Positions 26,401-36,579 of a DNA stretch of 39,694 nucleotides are shown piece by piece. The translations under genes were made by a program, and so were the position numbers. The notes below the pieces were generated by a model. The model was given only the letters and a program-made list of their open reading frames with translations. It was not told the origin of the DNA and did no database searches. Source of the DNA: Candidatus Bathyarchaeota archaeon B24-2 (GTDB taxonomy: Archaea; Thermoproteota; Bathyarchaeia; Bathyarchaeales; B24-2); the NCBI GenBank assembly GCA_002490245.1, contig PCNA01000001.1, positions 1-39,694 of the forward strand, in the 5' to 3' direction. The stretch's first letter is position 1; each line of letters opens with the position of its first letter.

Positions 26401-26783
26401 CTCTCCTTGCTACCACCCTTAAGCACGTTTACCCTAGAGATTATCTCTTTCAGAAGGTCTGAGGATTCGCCTGGATCGATTATGCATGCTGAAGCTGCTC
26501 CTACATCTATACCCGCCGCCTTCCCTAGCCTATTCTTGTCTGGAACGTAGACGTAAGGTATCTTCTTCTCCTCGCATAGTAATGGTAGATGAGCTACTAT
26601 CTCCGGTGGTTCAACGTCCTCGGCTATCAGGACTAGCTTCGCCAGCCCTCTCTCAACGGCTTTCGTCGTCTCGTTCGTACCCTTCTTTATGGACCCTGTG
26701 TCTCTCGCTATTTGGAGGGCTTCATAGGCTGCGTCCGCGACTTCCCTCGGAACCTCAAACTTCACGTAAAACGGCTTAGACAA
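26397..26783 (-). CDS. rpl7ae: 50S ribosomal protein L7Ae (kink-turn binding protein)
   Basis: 128-aa ORF: [48 protein letters not shown]. It overlaps the rps28e start by 4 nt. Confidence 0.9.
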   Translation of the reverse strand: MSKPFYVKFEVPREVADAAYEALQIARDTGSIKKGTNETTKAVERGLAKLVLIAEDVEPPEIVAHLPLLCEEKKIPYVYVPDKNRLGKAAGIDVGAASACIIDPGESSDLLKEIISRVNVLKGGSKES

Positions 26784-27110
26784 CGCCTCACCCCCGTTTA
26801 ACTCCTCTTTATTTTTTGTTACCTCACTTAAGAACCTTTCGAAATTTTAGTTCTGTGCGTGGATAAGTTAAGGGCAAGATAAAACGCTTTGATCTAAAGC
26901 TTAACCGAAAGATTGAAAATCTAACTAAAATTTAGAGTAGACTCACAGTAGCTATCATGGCCTTACACGGTGTAGTTCAAGTCTCCTCTTTTAAATCCCT
27001 CCTTTATGAAGGAGTCTAGAACCGTTGTTTCAGATCCTTCCTTAACATAACGTTTCCTACAGCCTCTTCGATTAAAGCCGGAAAATTAGGGTTCTTTCTC
27101 ATTTCTGTTG

Positions 27111-27530
27111 TCACGCCTCGGTATGGCCGGACGACTTAATCGGTACTCTCTTGATGTCTGGTATTCTATCGAAGGCTTCATCGTCTGAGACTACTTGACG
27201 ATCTAATGTTAGCGCGGAAGCAGCTATAAGGCTGTCGAAGTAGCTCAGTCGATATTTCTCCTCTAGCTCGCTTTGAAAAGCTAGCAGGCTCACGCTTAAC
27301 GTCTTAACCTCCTTCACGTTATTCTGCGTTAGGGCTTCGTGTAGAGCTAGTAGCGCGATCCTAACCTGAGATGGGCTTCTACCGCGGGCTCTAAGAACTA
27401 TTTGAAACTCTAGTATGGCGGTATCTGGTACGACGAGCCCGTTTACCTCTTTAAGTAGGTTTATTGCGTCCTTGTGTTTCCGATCTCTAGGGTTCATGGC
27501 GAAGAGGAGTTCTGTGTCAGCGACCGGCAT
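27111..27530 (-). CDS. vapC: PIN-domain ribonuclease toxin (VapC-like)
   Basis: 139-aa ORF. Acidic residues are placed as in PIN domains (VADTELL..., ...DSLIAASA..., VVSDDEAFD). It overlaps the upstream antitoxin gene by 14 nt. Confidence 0.7.
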   Translation of the reverse strand: MPVADTELLFAMNPRDRKHKDAINLLKEVNGLVVPDTAILEFQIVLRARGRSPSQVRIALLALHEALTQNNVKEVKTLSVSLLAFQSELEEKYRLSYFDSLIAASALTLDRQVVSDDEAFDRIPDIKRVPIKSSGHTEA

Positions 27531-27759
27531 GGCTCTTCAGCCACCTTTCTGCTTCAGGCTCGTCTCTCTCCTCCTCGTATGGTTCGCCGATAACTTCTTC
27601 CAATACCTTGTAGGGATTACGTGGCAGAGGTTCGATTATTATCTTCCCTTCCTCGACGTGGATGAGAACCCTCTGCCCCTCTTTAAGGGTTAATTCTTCC
27701 CTAATGGTTTTAGGTATCACCAGTGTATATCTTCTGCCTATAACAGATTCTTCAGACAT
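27517..27759 (-). CDS. vapB: AbrB/SpoVT-type antitoxin (VapB-like)
   Basis: RRYTLVIPKTIREELTLKEGQRVLIHVEEGKIIIEPL is a swapped-hairpin AbrB/MazE-type motif. I prefer the internal ATG at 27759 (MSEESVIG...) over the track start at 27816. Confidence 0.7.
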   Translation of the reverse strand: MSEESVIGRRYTLVIPKTIREELTLKEGQRVLIHVEEGKIIIEPLPRNPYKVLEEVIGEPYEEERDEPEAERWLKSHAGR

Positions 27760-28000
27760 ATAAATCACTATACGTAAATAATGTGGATTATCAGATAAAA
27801 ACTTAATCGCACGCACCTTTATACTGGAGGCCTACTCGCCGGCTAATATCAGTTAGGAACCTAAAGGTTGGAAAACCAAAAACCGTCTTCAGACGTGAGG
27901 AACTTTAACCTCCTCTCAAGCGATTATCGCGTCCAACTTACGGCTGGGATGTTAATCTCATGAGACTTCACCTACATAGCTAGACCTTTCATCGGTGGAC

Positions 28001-29758
28001 CTACCTGTGAGCGTAGAATACTGTTAGAAGAGAGTCCTTGACCTCGTCGACCCTAACAAAGCCGAAGCGTTCGAATTGAACCACCATGTCGGCCTTCAGT
28101 CTTCTACAGGATTCTTCGGCTAAACCTCGCTTCTCTCTTGCGTCTGGCATGATTACCCTAGTAGGGAAGGCGCCGTCGCATGGTACCCAGTGTATTAGGG
28201 GTATACCTTCCTTCTTAGCCCTCTCATAGCTTTCGTGTAGGAACCTCCCATTCAAGCGTTCTCGATCCTCCTTCACCTCGACGTTGAAGAGTCCTATAAG
28301 CCGCACCTTACCTTTAGCTTTAATCAATTCCAAGTCTGACCCTGAAATCCAGAGTTCTACTACCCCATCTTTAGGTTCCACATGGAACCTTCTAGAACCC
28401 CTCTCGGAGTGTTGAGGGTGGAGCGGAATCTCCACGTAGAAGGCGTGGGGTAAACCGTGAACGACTAATTTTCTTGGGTCTTCGACGAAGAAGTAGCGGT
28501 CGGCCTGTGGATCTACGATCTTCCTGTTGTATGCGTAGAGGTTCTCCCAGCTTAAGGTTACGTCCACGGGCTTCGGCCCGACCTCTAAGATCATTCTCCT
28601 TATCGCTTCCGGCTGTATCCCCCGTCTCCTCAAAGCGATCAGGGTTGCCAACCTAGGGTCACTCCAGCCCGTGTAGAGTCCGCTTCTAACCCCTTCGACT
28701 ATCTTAGACTTGCTCAGTACAGCGTTACTTATCTTCAGACGGCCGTAGTGTATCGTTTCAGGATATTTCCAGCCGAGATGCTCGTAGAGATACATCTGCC
28801 TTATCTGGTTTGTTAGGTGCTCCTTACCGCGTATTATATGCGTGACCCCCATGAGATGGTCGTCTATTCCACAGGCGAAGTTGTATAGGGGCCAAACCCT
28901 GTATTTTCTTCCAACCCTTGGATGTGGATATTTCTCCACATCTATTATCCTTAAGGCAGGCCAATCCCTCACCGCTGGGTTCGGATGCTCTATGTCTGTT
29001 TTAATCCTTAAGACCGCTTCCCCCTCTTTATACTCGCCGTTAAGCATAGAATTCCATCGATCGAGGTTCTCACGTGGACTTAGACCTCTACAAGGGCAGG
29101 GAGTCTTCGAGTTAATTAGCCTGCGGAAATCTTCTCTTTCGCATGTGCATACGTATGCTTTCCCTAGGTTGATCAACTTCTCCGCATGCTCATAGTAGAT
29201 CGGGATCCTGTCGCTCTGTATGTATTCTTCATCCCACTTGCAACCAAGCCAGATGAGGTCCTCCCTTATATAATCATAGAACTTCAGGGCTGAACGTTTC
29301 AACCTTGGGTCTGTATCCTCGAATCTGAGTATGAATTTTCCTCCGTACATCCGAGCATATTCGTGGCTGAGTATTATCGCTCTAGCAGAACCTAAGTGTA
29401 GGACGCAGTCGGGGTTCGGAGAGAATCGGGTTACGACTTTCTCGTATCTATCGACGTTTGGAAGCGGTGGAAGCGCCTCCCTCTTTTCAGCCTTAGGTTT
29501 AGAGGGCATCTGGATTCCGAGTTTCTCTAGAACTCTCTTTTGCTCTTCGACCTTTAGCTTATTCACTTCCTCGACCACTTCGTCGACTAAGCTTTTTACC
29601 TCACGGATGAAGTTCCTTAAGTCTTTATTCTCCGAGATAACCTTCCCGAGAACAGACTTCGCTAAGGCCTTTCCATCGTGCTCTAACGCGTTTATCAGCG
29701 CATGTTTAAGGGCGCTGTCTTTGACTTTCTGTTTGAGGCTCTCTTCCACCCAACTCAC
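28001..29758 (-). CDS. gltX: Glutamyl-tRNA synthetase (archaeal/eukaryal type)
   Basis: 585-aa ORF with the HIGH-class motif SPNPDCVLHLGSARA, FEDTDP and the KMSKS variant VLSKSK. Confidence 0.9.
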   Translation of the reverse strand: MSWVEESLKQKVKDSALKHALINALEHDGKALAKSVLGKVISENKDLRNFIREVKSLVDEVVEEVNKLKVEEQKRVLEKLGIQMPSKPKAEKREALPPLPNVDRYEKVVTRFSPNPDCVLHLGSARAIILSHEYARMYGGKFILRFEDTDPRLKRSALKFYDYIREDLIWLGCKWDEEYIQSDRIPIYYEHAEKLINLGKAYVCTCEREDFRRLINSKTPCPCRGLSPRENLDRWNSMLNGEYKEGEAVLRIKTDIEHPNPAVRDWPALRIIDVEKYPHPRVGRKYRVWPLYNFACGIDDHLMGVTHIIRGKEHLTNQIRQMYLYEHLGWKYPETIHYGRLKISNAVLSKSKIVEGVRSGLYTGWSDPRLATLIALRRRGIQPEAIRRMILEVGPKPVDVTLSWENLYAYNRKIVDPQADRYFFVEDPRKLVVHGLPHAFYVEIPLHPQHSERGSRRFHVEPKDGVVELWISGSDLELIKAKGKVRLIGLFNVEVKEDRERLNGRFLHESYERAKKEGIPLIHWVPCDGAFPTRVIMPDAREKRGLAEESCRRLKADMVVQFERFGFVRVDEVKDSLLTVFYAHR

Positions 29759-29764
29759 CCGAGG

Positions 29765-30766
29765 TTAACGCCGCCTTAAGACTATCAAGTCCACTAGGCT
29801 TAAGAGGTCTTCTTTTTCCCTGCAGTCCCTAAAGGCTTGAAGGGTGGACTTTGCTTTTATGGCGTAGTCCTTAGCTTTATTCATAGCGTACTCTATCGAG
29901 CCGAGAGACTTCAAAAGGGCTATTACCTCCCCGATTTTATGGCGGGAAGCCTTCTTATCGCCGAGGACTTCTAGGATCTTAGCCTTCTCCCTCTCAGAGG
30001 AGTTCCTCAAAGCGTGGATCACGATGATCGTCTTTTTACCTTCCCTGATATCGCTTCCGATAGGCTTACCTAATTCCTCTTCGTCTGCCGTGAGGCCTAA
30101 AACGTCGTCCACGATCTGGAAGGCCAGACCAGCGTTCCGTCCGAAATCTCCTAACCTTTCTAGCTGGTCGGCTGAGGCTCCTCCGACTACTCCTCCAACC
30201 TTAGCTGAAACCTCAAATAAAGCAGCCGTCTTACGGGAGATCATCTCCATATATTCGCTTTCACTTACCTCGCTTAGCATCTCAAATTCCATGTCTAGCG
30301 CCTGCCCCTCACAGATTAATATCGCGGCCTCGGTGAGGAGTTGCAGAATACTCAACTTAACCTCACATGAATAAAGGTCTGAGAGGCCCACCATACCTAG
30401 AACCTCGAAAACCTTTGCGAAAAGCAGGTCTCCAGCTATTATAGCAGTCGGCAAATTCCACTTTTTATGGACTGTTTCCACTCCTCTTCTTACGGTGTCT
30501 TGGTCCATTATGTCGTCATGGATCAACGTGAACGTGTGGAGAAGCTCCACGGTCGCCGCGGCTGGAACCGCTTGCTCCTCAACGCCTCCCACTAGCCCGC
30601 AGGTTTTACATACTAGGTATGGTCTAAGCCTCTTTCCTCCAGCCTCTATGATATGTCTCGCGGCTTTATAGAGGGTCTCTGGTCTACCTTTCTCGTCCAC
30701 GACTTTCCTTATGAACGAGTCTACCTTAGACTTTACCTCCTCCATCTGCAGGTATATCCTATTCAA
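29765..30766 (-). CDS. Geranylgeranyl diphosphate synthase (trans-prenyltransferase)
   Basis: 333-aa ORF with the first (LIHDDIMD) and second (QIVDDVLG) Asp-rich motifs. Confidence 0.85.
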   Translation of the reverse strand: MNRIYLQMEEVKSKVDSFIRKVVDEKGRPETLYKAARHIIEAGGKRLRPYLVCKTCGLVGGVEEQAVPAAATVELLHTFTLIHDDIMDQDTVRRGVETVHKKWNLPTAIIAGDLLFAKVFEVLGMVGLSDLYSCEVKLSILQLLTEAAILICEGQALDMEFEMLSEVSESEYMEMISRKTAALFEVSAKVGGVVGGASADQLERLGDFGRNAGLAFQIVDDVLGLTADEEELGKPIGSDIREGKKTIIVIHALRNSSEREKAKILEVLGDKKASRHKIGEVIALLKSLGSIEYAMNKAKDYAIKAKSTLQAFRDCREKEDLLSLVDLIVLRRR

Positions 30767-31851
30767 CCTGAACGCCTCGCATAGATTTTAGTGTCGAAAC
30801 CTCTTTCATTCAACCATACCTTGGTTTTTCCAGTTATGACTAGAGGCGCCGAGCGTAGCTCCTCTAGGTTTCTTGCTCCGACCAGAAACATCACGTTCTT
30901 CAACTCCTCCAAGAAGATATTTAAAGTTTCTTTCGCATCGCCTTTAACCGTGGCCTTCAAGAAGGGTAAGGCCATACCGACTAAGTCTGCTCCTAAGGAT
31001 ATCGCCTTTGCCCCTTCTACTCCTGTGCGGATTCCGCCTGAAGCTATCACAGGAATGCTCACGCTCTGCTTGACTTCGATCAAGCATATAGCGGTTGGGA
31101 TACCCCAATCCCAAAAGGTTTTACCCAACTTAGCCCTTAGCTCGTCTCGGTTGCTTTTAGCCCTGTAATGTTCGACCGCTGCCCAGCTTGTACCTCCTGC
31201 ACCAGCCACGTCTATACACGCGACCCCTACCTCAGCCAGCTTCCTAGCGTCTTCAGACGCTATCCCAGCACCCGTCTCCTTAACTATTACGGGCACCTTA
31301 ACTTCCTTAACCACATCCCTTATCCTCTGTAGTACTCCTAAGAAATAGGTCTCCCCTTCAGGCTGAATAGCCTCTTGGAGCGGGTTGAGGTGTATGGATA
31401 ACGCGTCTGCATCGACCATCTCGATTACCCTCTCTGCATACTCGATGCCTCGCTCGCTTAGAAGCTGGGTGCACCCTATATTAGCCATCAAAAAGGCTGT
31501 CGGAGCCTTCTCCCTAACTATGGTGTACGTCTCCTCTAACGAGGAGTCTTCGAGGGCTGCTCTCTGACTTCCAAGCCCCATCCCTATCCCAGCCTCTTCG
31601 ACCATAGAGGCTAAAGCCGCGTTTATCTCCTTAGACAAACTCTGTTCTCCCCCTGTCATCGGTTCCACGATGACTGGAGCCTCGAATCGATGGTCGAGAA
31701 ACTCGGTCGAGATGTCTATATCGTTCTTATCGAGTTCAGGTAAGGCTCTATGGACGAAATGGATGTCCTCGAAACCGTTAGTTACCAAGTTCGACTCCAC
31801 GTCTTCGTTCAAGCATATACGCAGGTGGTCGAGCTTCCTCTCCTCGGTCAA
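30763..31851 (-). CDS. fni: Isopentenyl-diphosphate delta-isomerase, type 2 (FMN-dependent)
   Basis: 362-aa TIM-barrel ORF with KLDHLRICL at the N-terminus, VIVKETGAGI and ASGGIRTG. It overlaps the GGPPS start by 4 nt. Confidence 0.9.
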   Translation of the reverse strand: MTEERKLDHLRICLNEDVESNLVTNGFEDIHFVHRALPELDKNDIDISTEFLDHRFEAPVIVEPMTGGEQSLSKEINAALASMVEEAGIGMGLGSQRAALEDSSLEETYTIVREKAPTAFLMANIGCTQLLSERGIEYAERVIEMVDADALSIHLNPLQEAIQPEGETYFLGVLQRIRDVVKEVKVPVIVKETGAGIASEDARKLAEVGVACIDVAGAGGTSWAAVEHYRAKSNRDELRAKLGKTFWDWGIPTAICLIEVKQSVSIPVIASGGIRTGVEGAKAISLGADLVGMALPFLKATVKGDAKETLNIFLEELKNVMFLVGARNLEELRSAPLVITGKTKVWLNERGFDTKIYARRSG

Positions 31852-31856
31852 CCCGT

Positions 31857-32654
31857 TCAGCTCCTTAAGATCAGGGTTCCACGTACCTTCTCGCTTCTTA
31901 AAGCCTTAAGCACCCTATCTCTCTCCTTAGCGTTTACTATTAAAACTTTCACTCCCTTCTCTATCGCGGGTATAAGCTCCATTATCTTACCGTACATCCC
32001 TTTAGTCACGTCTAGGGTGGAGGATTCCCCAATCTCGTCTATAATCCTTTTTAACCCGTCCAGCGTCACCTTTTCCAGTAGCTTCGCTTCAGGGTCTCGT
32101 TTAGGGTCTCCTGTATAGAGTCCGTCTACGTCTGTCCCGAGGATTATCCACTCTGCGTTTAGACGTATCCCTAGATATGAGGCTATCTGGTCTCCCGAAA
32201 GTATCGAGAACCCCCTCTCCAAATCAGGTACTACATCTCCATAGAGCACTGGGGTGATTCCTAACTCTAACATCTTCTCTAACGGCGTAGTCTCAAACCT
32301 CTCTATCCTTCCGGAGCGTGTTATGACGCATGAGGAAGGCTGGATCCCTACCGCCTTTAGGCCTTGAGCTAATATGGATTCGACGACTATTCTGTTTAGC
32401 TTCCTCATCGCTAAATGTACTCTAGAGAATCCCTCTAGCTGTCCATAGTCTCTAAAGCCTTCATGTAGCTTATACTTGAAAGCCAGAGGGTGGCCGAACG
32501 ACCCTCCACCGTGAACTAAAACCAGTTTCTCTCTACCCGCCTCATGGATCTCGCTTGCCAATCTTGAGAGAGAGGCTGGATTAGCCTCCATAAACCCGTC
32601 TTTAAACGTGATGACCGAGCCGCCTAACTTAAGGATCACAGTCCCTTCACTCAA
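31857..32654 (-). CDS. ipk: Isopentenyl phosphate kinase
   Basis: 265-aa amino-acid-kinase-fold ORF: ILKLGGSVITFKD, LVHGGGSFGH, and GTDVDGLYTGDP. Confidence 0.85.
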   Translation of the reverse strand: MSEGTVILKLGGSVITFKDGFMEANPASLSRLASEIHEAGREKLVLVHGGGSFGHPLAFKYKLHEGFRDYGQLEGFSRVHLAMRKLNRIVVESILAQGLKAVGIQPSSCVITRSGRIERFETTPLEKMLELGITPVLYGDVVPDLERGFSILSGDQIASYLGIRLNAEWIILGTDVDGLYTGDPKRDPEAKLLEKVTLDGLKRIIDEIGESSTLDVTKGMYGKIMELIPAIEKGVKVLIVNAKERDRVLKALRSEKVRGTLILRS

Positions 32655-33609
32655 CCCTCACTCCCTCATACGTCACTTCAGTCGTATAGACGTTCACGCC
32701 GAGACTCCTCAAGCCTTCAGCTACGGCTACTTTTCTCTCTGGCGTAGCTATAGCGACCATACATCCGCCGCCTCCACCACCAGTAAGCTTTGCGCCTAAA
32801 GCCCCAGCTTTTCTCGCCGTGTAGATTAGCTCCTCCAGCTTTAGGCAGGAAACCCCTACAGCCGAGAGTAAGCCGTGATTAACGTTCATCAACCTCCCAA
32901 AAGACGTTAAGTCTCCCCGCTCTAGGTCGCTTGAAGCCTTCAAGACGAGTTTCCTCGCCGCTTTCGATATGTAATTGAATATTTCTGGGTAGTCCCTTGC
33001 TATTCCCTCGACGAGTTTAATCTGCTCTCCTGTCGACCTTTGAATGCCTGTGTCGCCTATGATCAAGCTAAGCTTCTCTCTAACGTTAAGCTTCCTCACT
33101 CCGGTTTTCTTCGAGTAGATTATCATTCCGCCGTAGGTGGAGATAGTAGGGTCTATACCAGACGGGTTTCTGTGGACATATCTTTCAGATTCGATCGCTA
33201 TCTTTCGAACTTCCTCTAAACCTAGGTCTTCGCCGATTAAAGTGGAGACCGCTTTAACCGTGGCTGCCGCTACGGCGGCTGAGGAGCCGAGGCCTGAGGC
33301 TACAGGGATCTCTGAGTCCACATAGACCTTTAAGCCTGTATCGACGTTCAGTTTCTTGAGGGTCTCCCTAGCGGCTATATAAACAGGCTTTAGCTTCCGG
33401 TAAGCGGTTCCCTCTACGTTCTCGACCCCTTCATGAAAGACCTGTTCAAGATTAAAGTTTAAGGATTTAACGTATATCGCGTCGCTCGACTCGGATACTT
33501 TAACCCTTGCCCTAAGATCGATGGCACAGGCTATCGCAGGTTCCCCATACACGACGAAGTGTTCGCCTAAGAGGATAACCTTCGCGGGCGCCGAGGCTGT
33601 TACGCTCAA
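32647..33609 (-). CDS. mvk: Mevalonate kinase
   Basis: 320-aa GHMP kinase: APAKVILLGEHFVVYGEPAIA and PVASGLGSSAAVAAA (GHMP motif II), plus KLTGGGGGGC. Confidence 0.9.
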   Translation of the reverse strand: MSVTASAPAKVILLGEHFVVYGEPAIACAIDLRARVKVSESSDAIYVKSLNFNLEQVFHEGVENVEGTAYRKLKPVYIAARETLKKLNVDTGLKVYVDSEIPVASGLGSSAAVAAATVKAVSTLIGEDLGLEEVRKIAIESERYVHRNPSGIDPTISTYGGMIIYSKKTGVRKLNVREKLSLIIGDTGIQRSTGEQIKLVEGIARDYPEIFNYISKAARKLVLKASSDLERGDLTSFGRLMNVNHGLLSAVGVSCLKLEELIYTARKAGALGAKLTGGGGGGCMVAIATPERKVAVAEGLRSLGVNVYTTEVTYEGVRVE

Positions 33610-33619
33610 GAAGTCACGT

Positions 33620-34477
33620 TTACCTCCTCAACATTATAGAGGCGTAGCCTACGACCGAGGAGAAGTCTCCAGTCATGTCTCCGCTAGTTTTATAACATAA
33701 TAGAGAACCTTCCTTCGCGCCCAAGGCCTTTGAGGCTACGATCGCCGCTATCGTGGGACCATAGCCGCACATCGAGACCCCTCTCCCCTCGACCGTCTCG
33801 TATAGAAGTTCCTCGTCTAACCTGAGGATAGCCTCTATAACGGCTTTATCCTTAGACCTAGCAGAAGATTGGCTCTCATAATGGGTGAGGTCCGTGGAAG
33901 CTATCACCACGACGTTCTTCCCGTGAGCTGCTTTGGCTATCGCTTCGCCGACCTCCCTGCAAGTCTTTAAATCTTGAATCAAGAATACTATGGGAACGAT
34001 CTTTACTTTTGACCCGTAGATGAACTGGAGGAAGGGGAGTTGAACCTCTAGCGAATGCTCGTAAGTGTGGGCTGAGGGGTCTACGTCTATGATCTTCGAT
34101 TCCCTCAGGATCTCATCTGCCAGCGACTCGTCCACCAGCAAGTCTCCTAGAGGGGTCCTCCACACCCCTCTTTTAACGATCGATAAGGCGCTACCTACAC
34201 CCACATGGTTTGGGCCTAGCAGGACCGCCGTTTCAGGTGTCCCATCTAAAGCTAGTCGATAGTAAGCGTGAGCGGCTACAGGCCCAGAATACACGTATCC
34301 CGCGTGTGGACATACAAGAGCCGTGATGCTTCTAACCTCGCTTTCTGAAGGTTTAGGGATGGAGCCGGGACCGAACTTATGCTTAAAACACCACGTCAAC
34401 TGCTCCCTTAGTTTTTCTTCACCCGCGTTATAGAATGTTCCCGCGTGTCTGGGATATCTAACCTCCATCTCTACCAC
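33620..34477 (-). CDS. MEMO1-family protein (AmmeMemoRadiSam system protein B)
   Basis: 285-aa ORF: RYPRHAGTFY..., VCPHAGYVYSGPVAAHAY, LGPNH and HSLEVQLPFLQ, typical of Memo-like proteins. Confidence 0.8.
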   Translation of the reverse strand: MVEMEVRYPRHAGTFYNAGEEKLREQLTWCFKHKFGPGSIPKPSESEVRSITALVCPHAGYVYSGPVAAHAYYRLALDGTPETAVLLGPNHVGVGSALSIVKRGVWRTPLGDLLVDESLADEILRESKIIDVDPSAHTYEHSLEVQLPFLQFIYGSKVKIVPIVFLIQDLKTCREVGEAIAKAAHGKNVVVIASTDLTHYESQSSARSKDKAVIEAILRLDEELLYETVEGRGVSMCGYGPTIAAIVASKALGAKEGSLLCYKTSGDMTGDFSSVVGYASIMLRR

Positions 34478-34599
34478 CTCGATTAACAGAAAATTTAGGG
34501 GCTTAACTCCTTTAAACCTACTCGCCGAGAGACAAGATACTCCAGCAACAAAAATTATGAGGTTTCGGGTTTAAAAAAATTTAATATGTATTATGGTTG

Positions 34600-35298
34600 T
34601 TACTCTAACTCTTCTTTCCCCTCAGAGCTTTCCGTGGTCTCTTCTTTGCTTTCGGTTTCCACCTGTTCTTCAGCCAACTTCATTTCGAAGCTCTCTATCG
34701 GTACCGGTAGATCCTCGTCTGGCGCTAGCTCTCCTCTTTCACGTAGTAGCTGACGTGCGAGAACCCAATATATGACTGCCAACGCTCTTCTGCCTTTATT
34801 GTTCGTAGGTATCGCTAGGTCTATCTTCGATAGCTCGTTGTCCGTGCTGCAGAGGGCGACTACAGGTATACCCAAACTCGAGGCTTCCCTTACGGCTTGG
34901 GAGTCCGCCTTTGGGTCTGAGACTAAGACCACGTCGGGCTCCAAGCTGTTTGGGTACAGTGGGTTGGATAAGGTGCCGGGTACAAACCTGCCCGTAATCA
35001 ATTTAGCCTTAGTGTACTCACAGAATTTTTCTGCTGGAACCTTGGCGTAGAGTCTCCCTGCAACCACCAAGATCTTCTCTGGGTCGAACCTCGATAGGAA
35101 CTTTGCGGCGACTCTTATTCTCTCGTCCGTCTTCTTTATGTCCAGAACGAAGAGCCCGTCAGGCCTAACTCGGTAGATGAACTTTTCCATGTCGCCTGTT
35201 TTTATCTTCGTTCCTATATGGACTCCTGCTGAAAGGTAGGATTCCCTTGGAATCAGAAGATCCTCCTCGTTTTTGGTTTCTTCTGTGTTCTCCGACAT
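34600..35298 (-). CDS. rps2: 30S ribosomal protein uS2 with acidic C-terminal tail
   Basis: 232-aa ORF: [48 protein letters not shown]. Confidence 0.9.
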   Translation of the reverse strand: MSENTEETKNEEDLLIPRESYLSAGVHIGTKIKTGDMEKFIYRVRPDGLFVLDIKKTDERIRVAAKFLSRFDPEKILVVAGRLYAKVPAEKFCEYTKAKLITGRFVPGTLSNPLYPNSLEPDVVLVSDPKADSQAVREASSLGIPVVALCSTDNELSKIDLAIPTNNKGRRALAVIYWVLARQLLRERGELAPDEDLPVPIESFEMKLAEEQVETESKEETTESSEGKEELE

Positions 35299-35307
35299 TT
35301 AGATCAC

Positions 35308-36573
35308 CTATCGGATCTGAAGTGAGGATAGTTTGGTTCTCCCCTCGAAGACAGACTCTATCCTTAAGACCTCGTTTATCTTGGCTATCCTCTCACCGCC
35401 TAGCACTCCGCTCTTCAAGATAGGGCTGTGGAAACCTATGGCTAAGTGTGCGATCTTTGTATCCGTCGTCTCCCCTGACCTGTGAGATACTACGGTAACG
35501 TAGCCTGCCTTCTTGGCTTCCTTAACGGTCTTAAATGCCTCTGTCAGGGTACCTATCTGGTTAACCTTGATTATTATCGCGTTTGCCGCTCCCAGCTCTA
35601 TGCCGCGTCTTAACCTTTCCCTATTAGTTACGAATAGGTCGTCTCCACAGATCATGACTTTCCCTCTAAACTCCTTCGTAAGCTCGGTGAAGCTCTCGAA
35701 ATCCTCTTCGTCGAAGGGGTCCTCTACGTAGATCAGCCTGTACTTATCGATGACCTCAGAAACGAACTCCAGTTGCTCCTGCGGTCTTCTCTCTACCCCG
35801 TCTCTGGCGTACACGTAAACCCCCTTATCTTCATTCCAGATGGAAGAGGCTGCTATGTCAAGGCCGAACCTGCATTCTCTCCCCGTCTCGTCAGAAACTT
35901 CCTCTACAGCTTGGTTAACGACATCGAGTGCCTCCCTGTTGCTGAGGTTAACCGCCCATGCCCCCTCGTCGCCTCTGCCTCCGTTGAACCCTACGTTCTT
36001 CTTTAGGAGTATTTCACCTATCTTCCTATGAACCTTAACGTTTAGCTCGGCAGCCTCCTCGAACGTTCTAGCTCCGACCGGAAGGACTAGGAATTCTTGG
36101 ATGTCTGGAACGCTTCCTCTGGCGTGTTTTCCTCCTCCTAGAACGTTTCCGAGAGGTAATGGTAGCTCGATGTCTAGGTTTCCACCTAAATACTGGAATA
36201 GGTTTAGGTTATGTGAATCTGCGGCCGCTTCGGCCGTGGCTAACGAGATGGCAAAAGCTAGGTTTCCCCCTATATTACCGAAGTTCTCTGTTCCGTCTAT
36301 TTCACGTAGAGTCTCGTCTATCGACTCTTGATCTTCCGCATCCATACCCACCAGTTTAGGCGCTATCAACTCTTCGACTTTCTTGATAGACTCTTCGACT
36401 CCTCCAGGAGGGAAGGGTATGGCTTCCCATTTCCCTCTGCTCGCGCCTGAGGGAGCGGAGGCTACGCCTAACCCGTCGGCCGTTTCGACCTCTACTTCTA
36501 CAGTCTCTTCCCCTCTGCTGTTGAATATCTTTAAGGCTCTAACGTCTTCTATTATGGTGGAGATTCCTCTCAT
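35308..36573 (-). CDS. eno: Enolase (phosphopyruvate hydratase)
   Basis: 421-aa ORF: IFNSRGEETVEVEV, SAPSGASRGKWEA, IKVNQIGTLTE and VVSHRSGETTDT. AGGAGG precedes the ATG. Confidence 0.9.
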   Translation of the reverse strand: MRGISTIIEDVRALKIFNSRGEETVEVEVETADGLGVASAPSGASRGKWEAIPFPPGGVEESIKKVEELIAPKLVGMDAEDQESIDETLREIDGTENFGNIGGNLAFAISLATAEAAADSHNLNLFQYLGGNLDIELPLPLGNVLGGGKHARGSVPDIQEFLVLPVGARTFEEAAELNVKVHRKIGEILLKKNVGFNGGRGDEGAWAVNLSNREALDVVNQAVEEVSDETGRECRFGLDIAASSIWNEDKGVYVYARDGVERRPQEQLEFVSEVIDKYRLIYVEDPFDEEDFESFTELTKEFRGKVMICGDDLFVTNRERLRRGIELGAANAIIIKVNQIGTLTEAFKTVKEAKKAGYVTVVSHRSGETTDTKIAHLAIGFHSPILKSGVLGGERIAKINEVLRIESVFEGRTKLSSLQIR

Positions 36574-36579
36574 TCCTCC

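Noticed and set aside
26784-27110. 327-nt ORF-free spacer next to rpl7ae, examined for a kink-turn or C/D sRNA or a tRNA
   Set aside because: The only structure found is a 6-bp hairpin (CTCCTT-TATG-AAGGAG, 26999-27014), plus a 27-codon ORF without support. Nothing is convincing enough to call.
27817-28000. Possible tRNA or C/D-box sRNA in the 184-nt spacer between vapB and gltX
   Set aside because: There is no T-loop (GTTCRAATC-like) or acceptor pairing. Only loose matches to the C box (cgatgaa) and D box (ctga) occur, and without the terminal stem or correct spacing.
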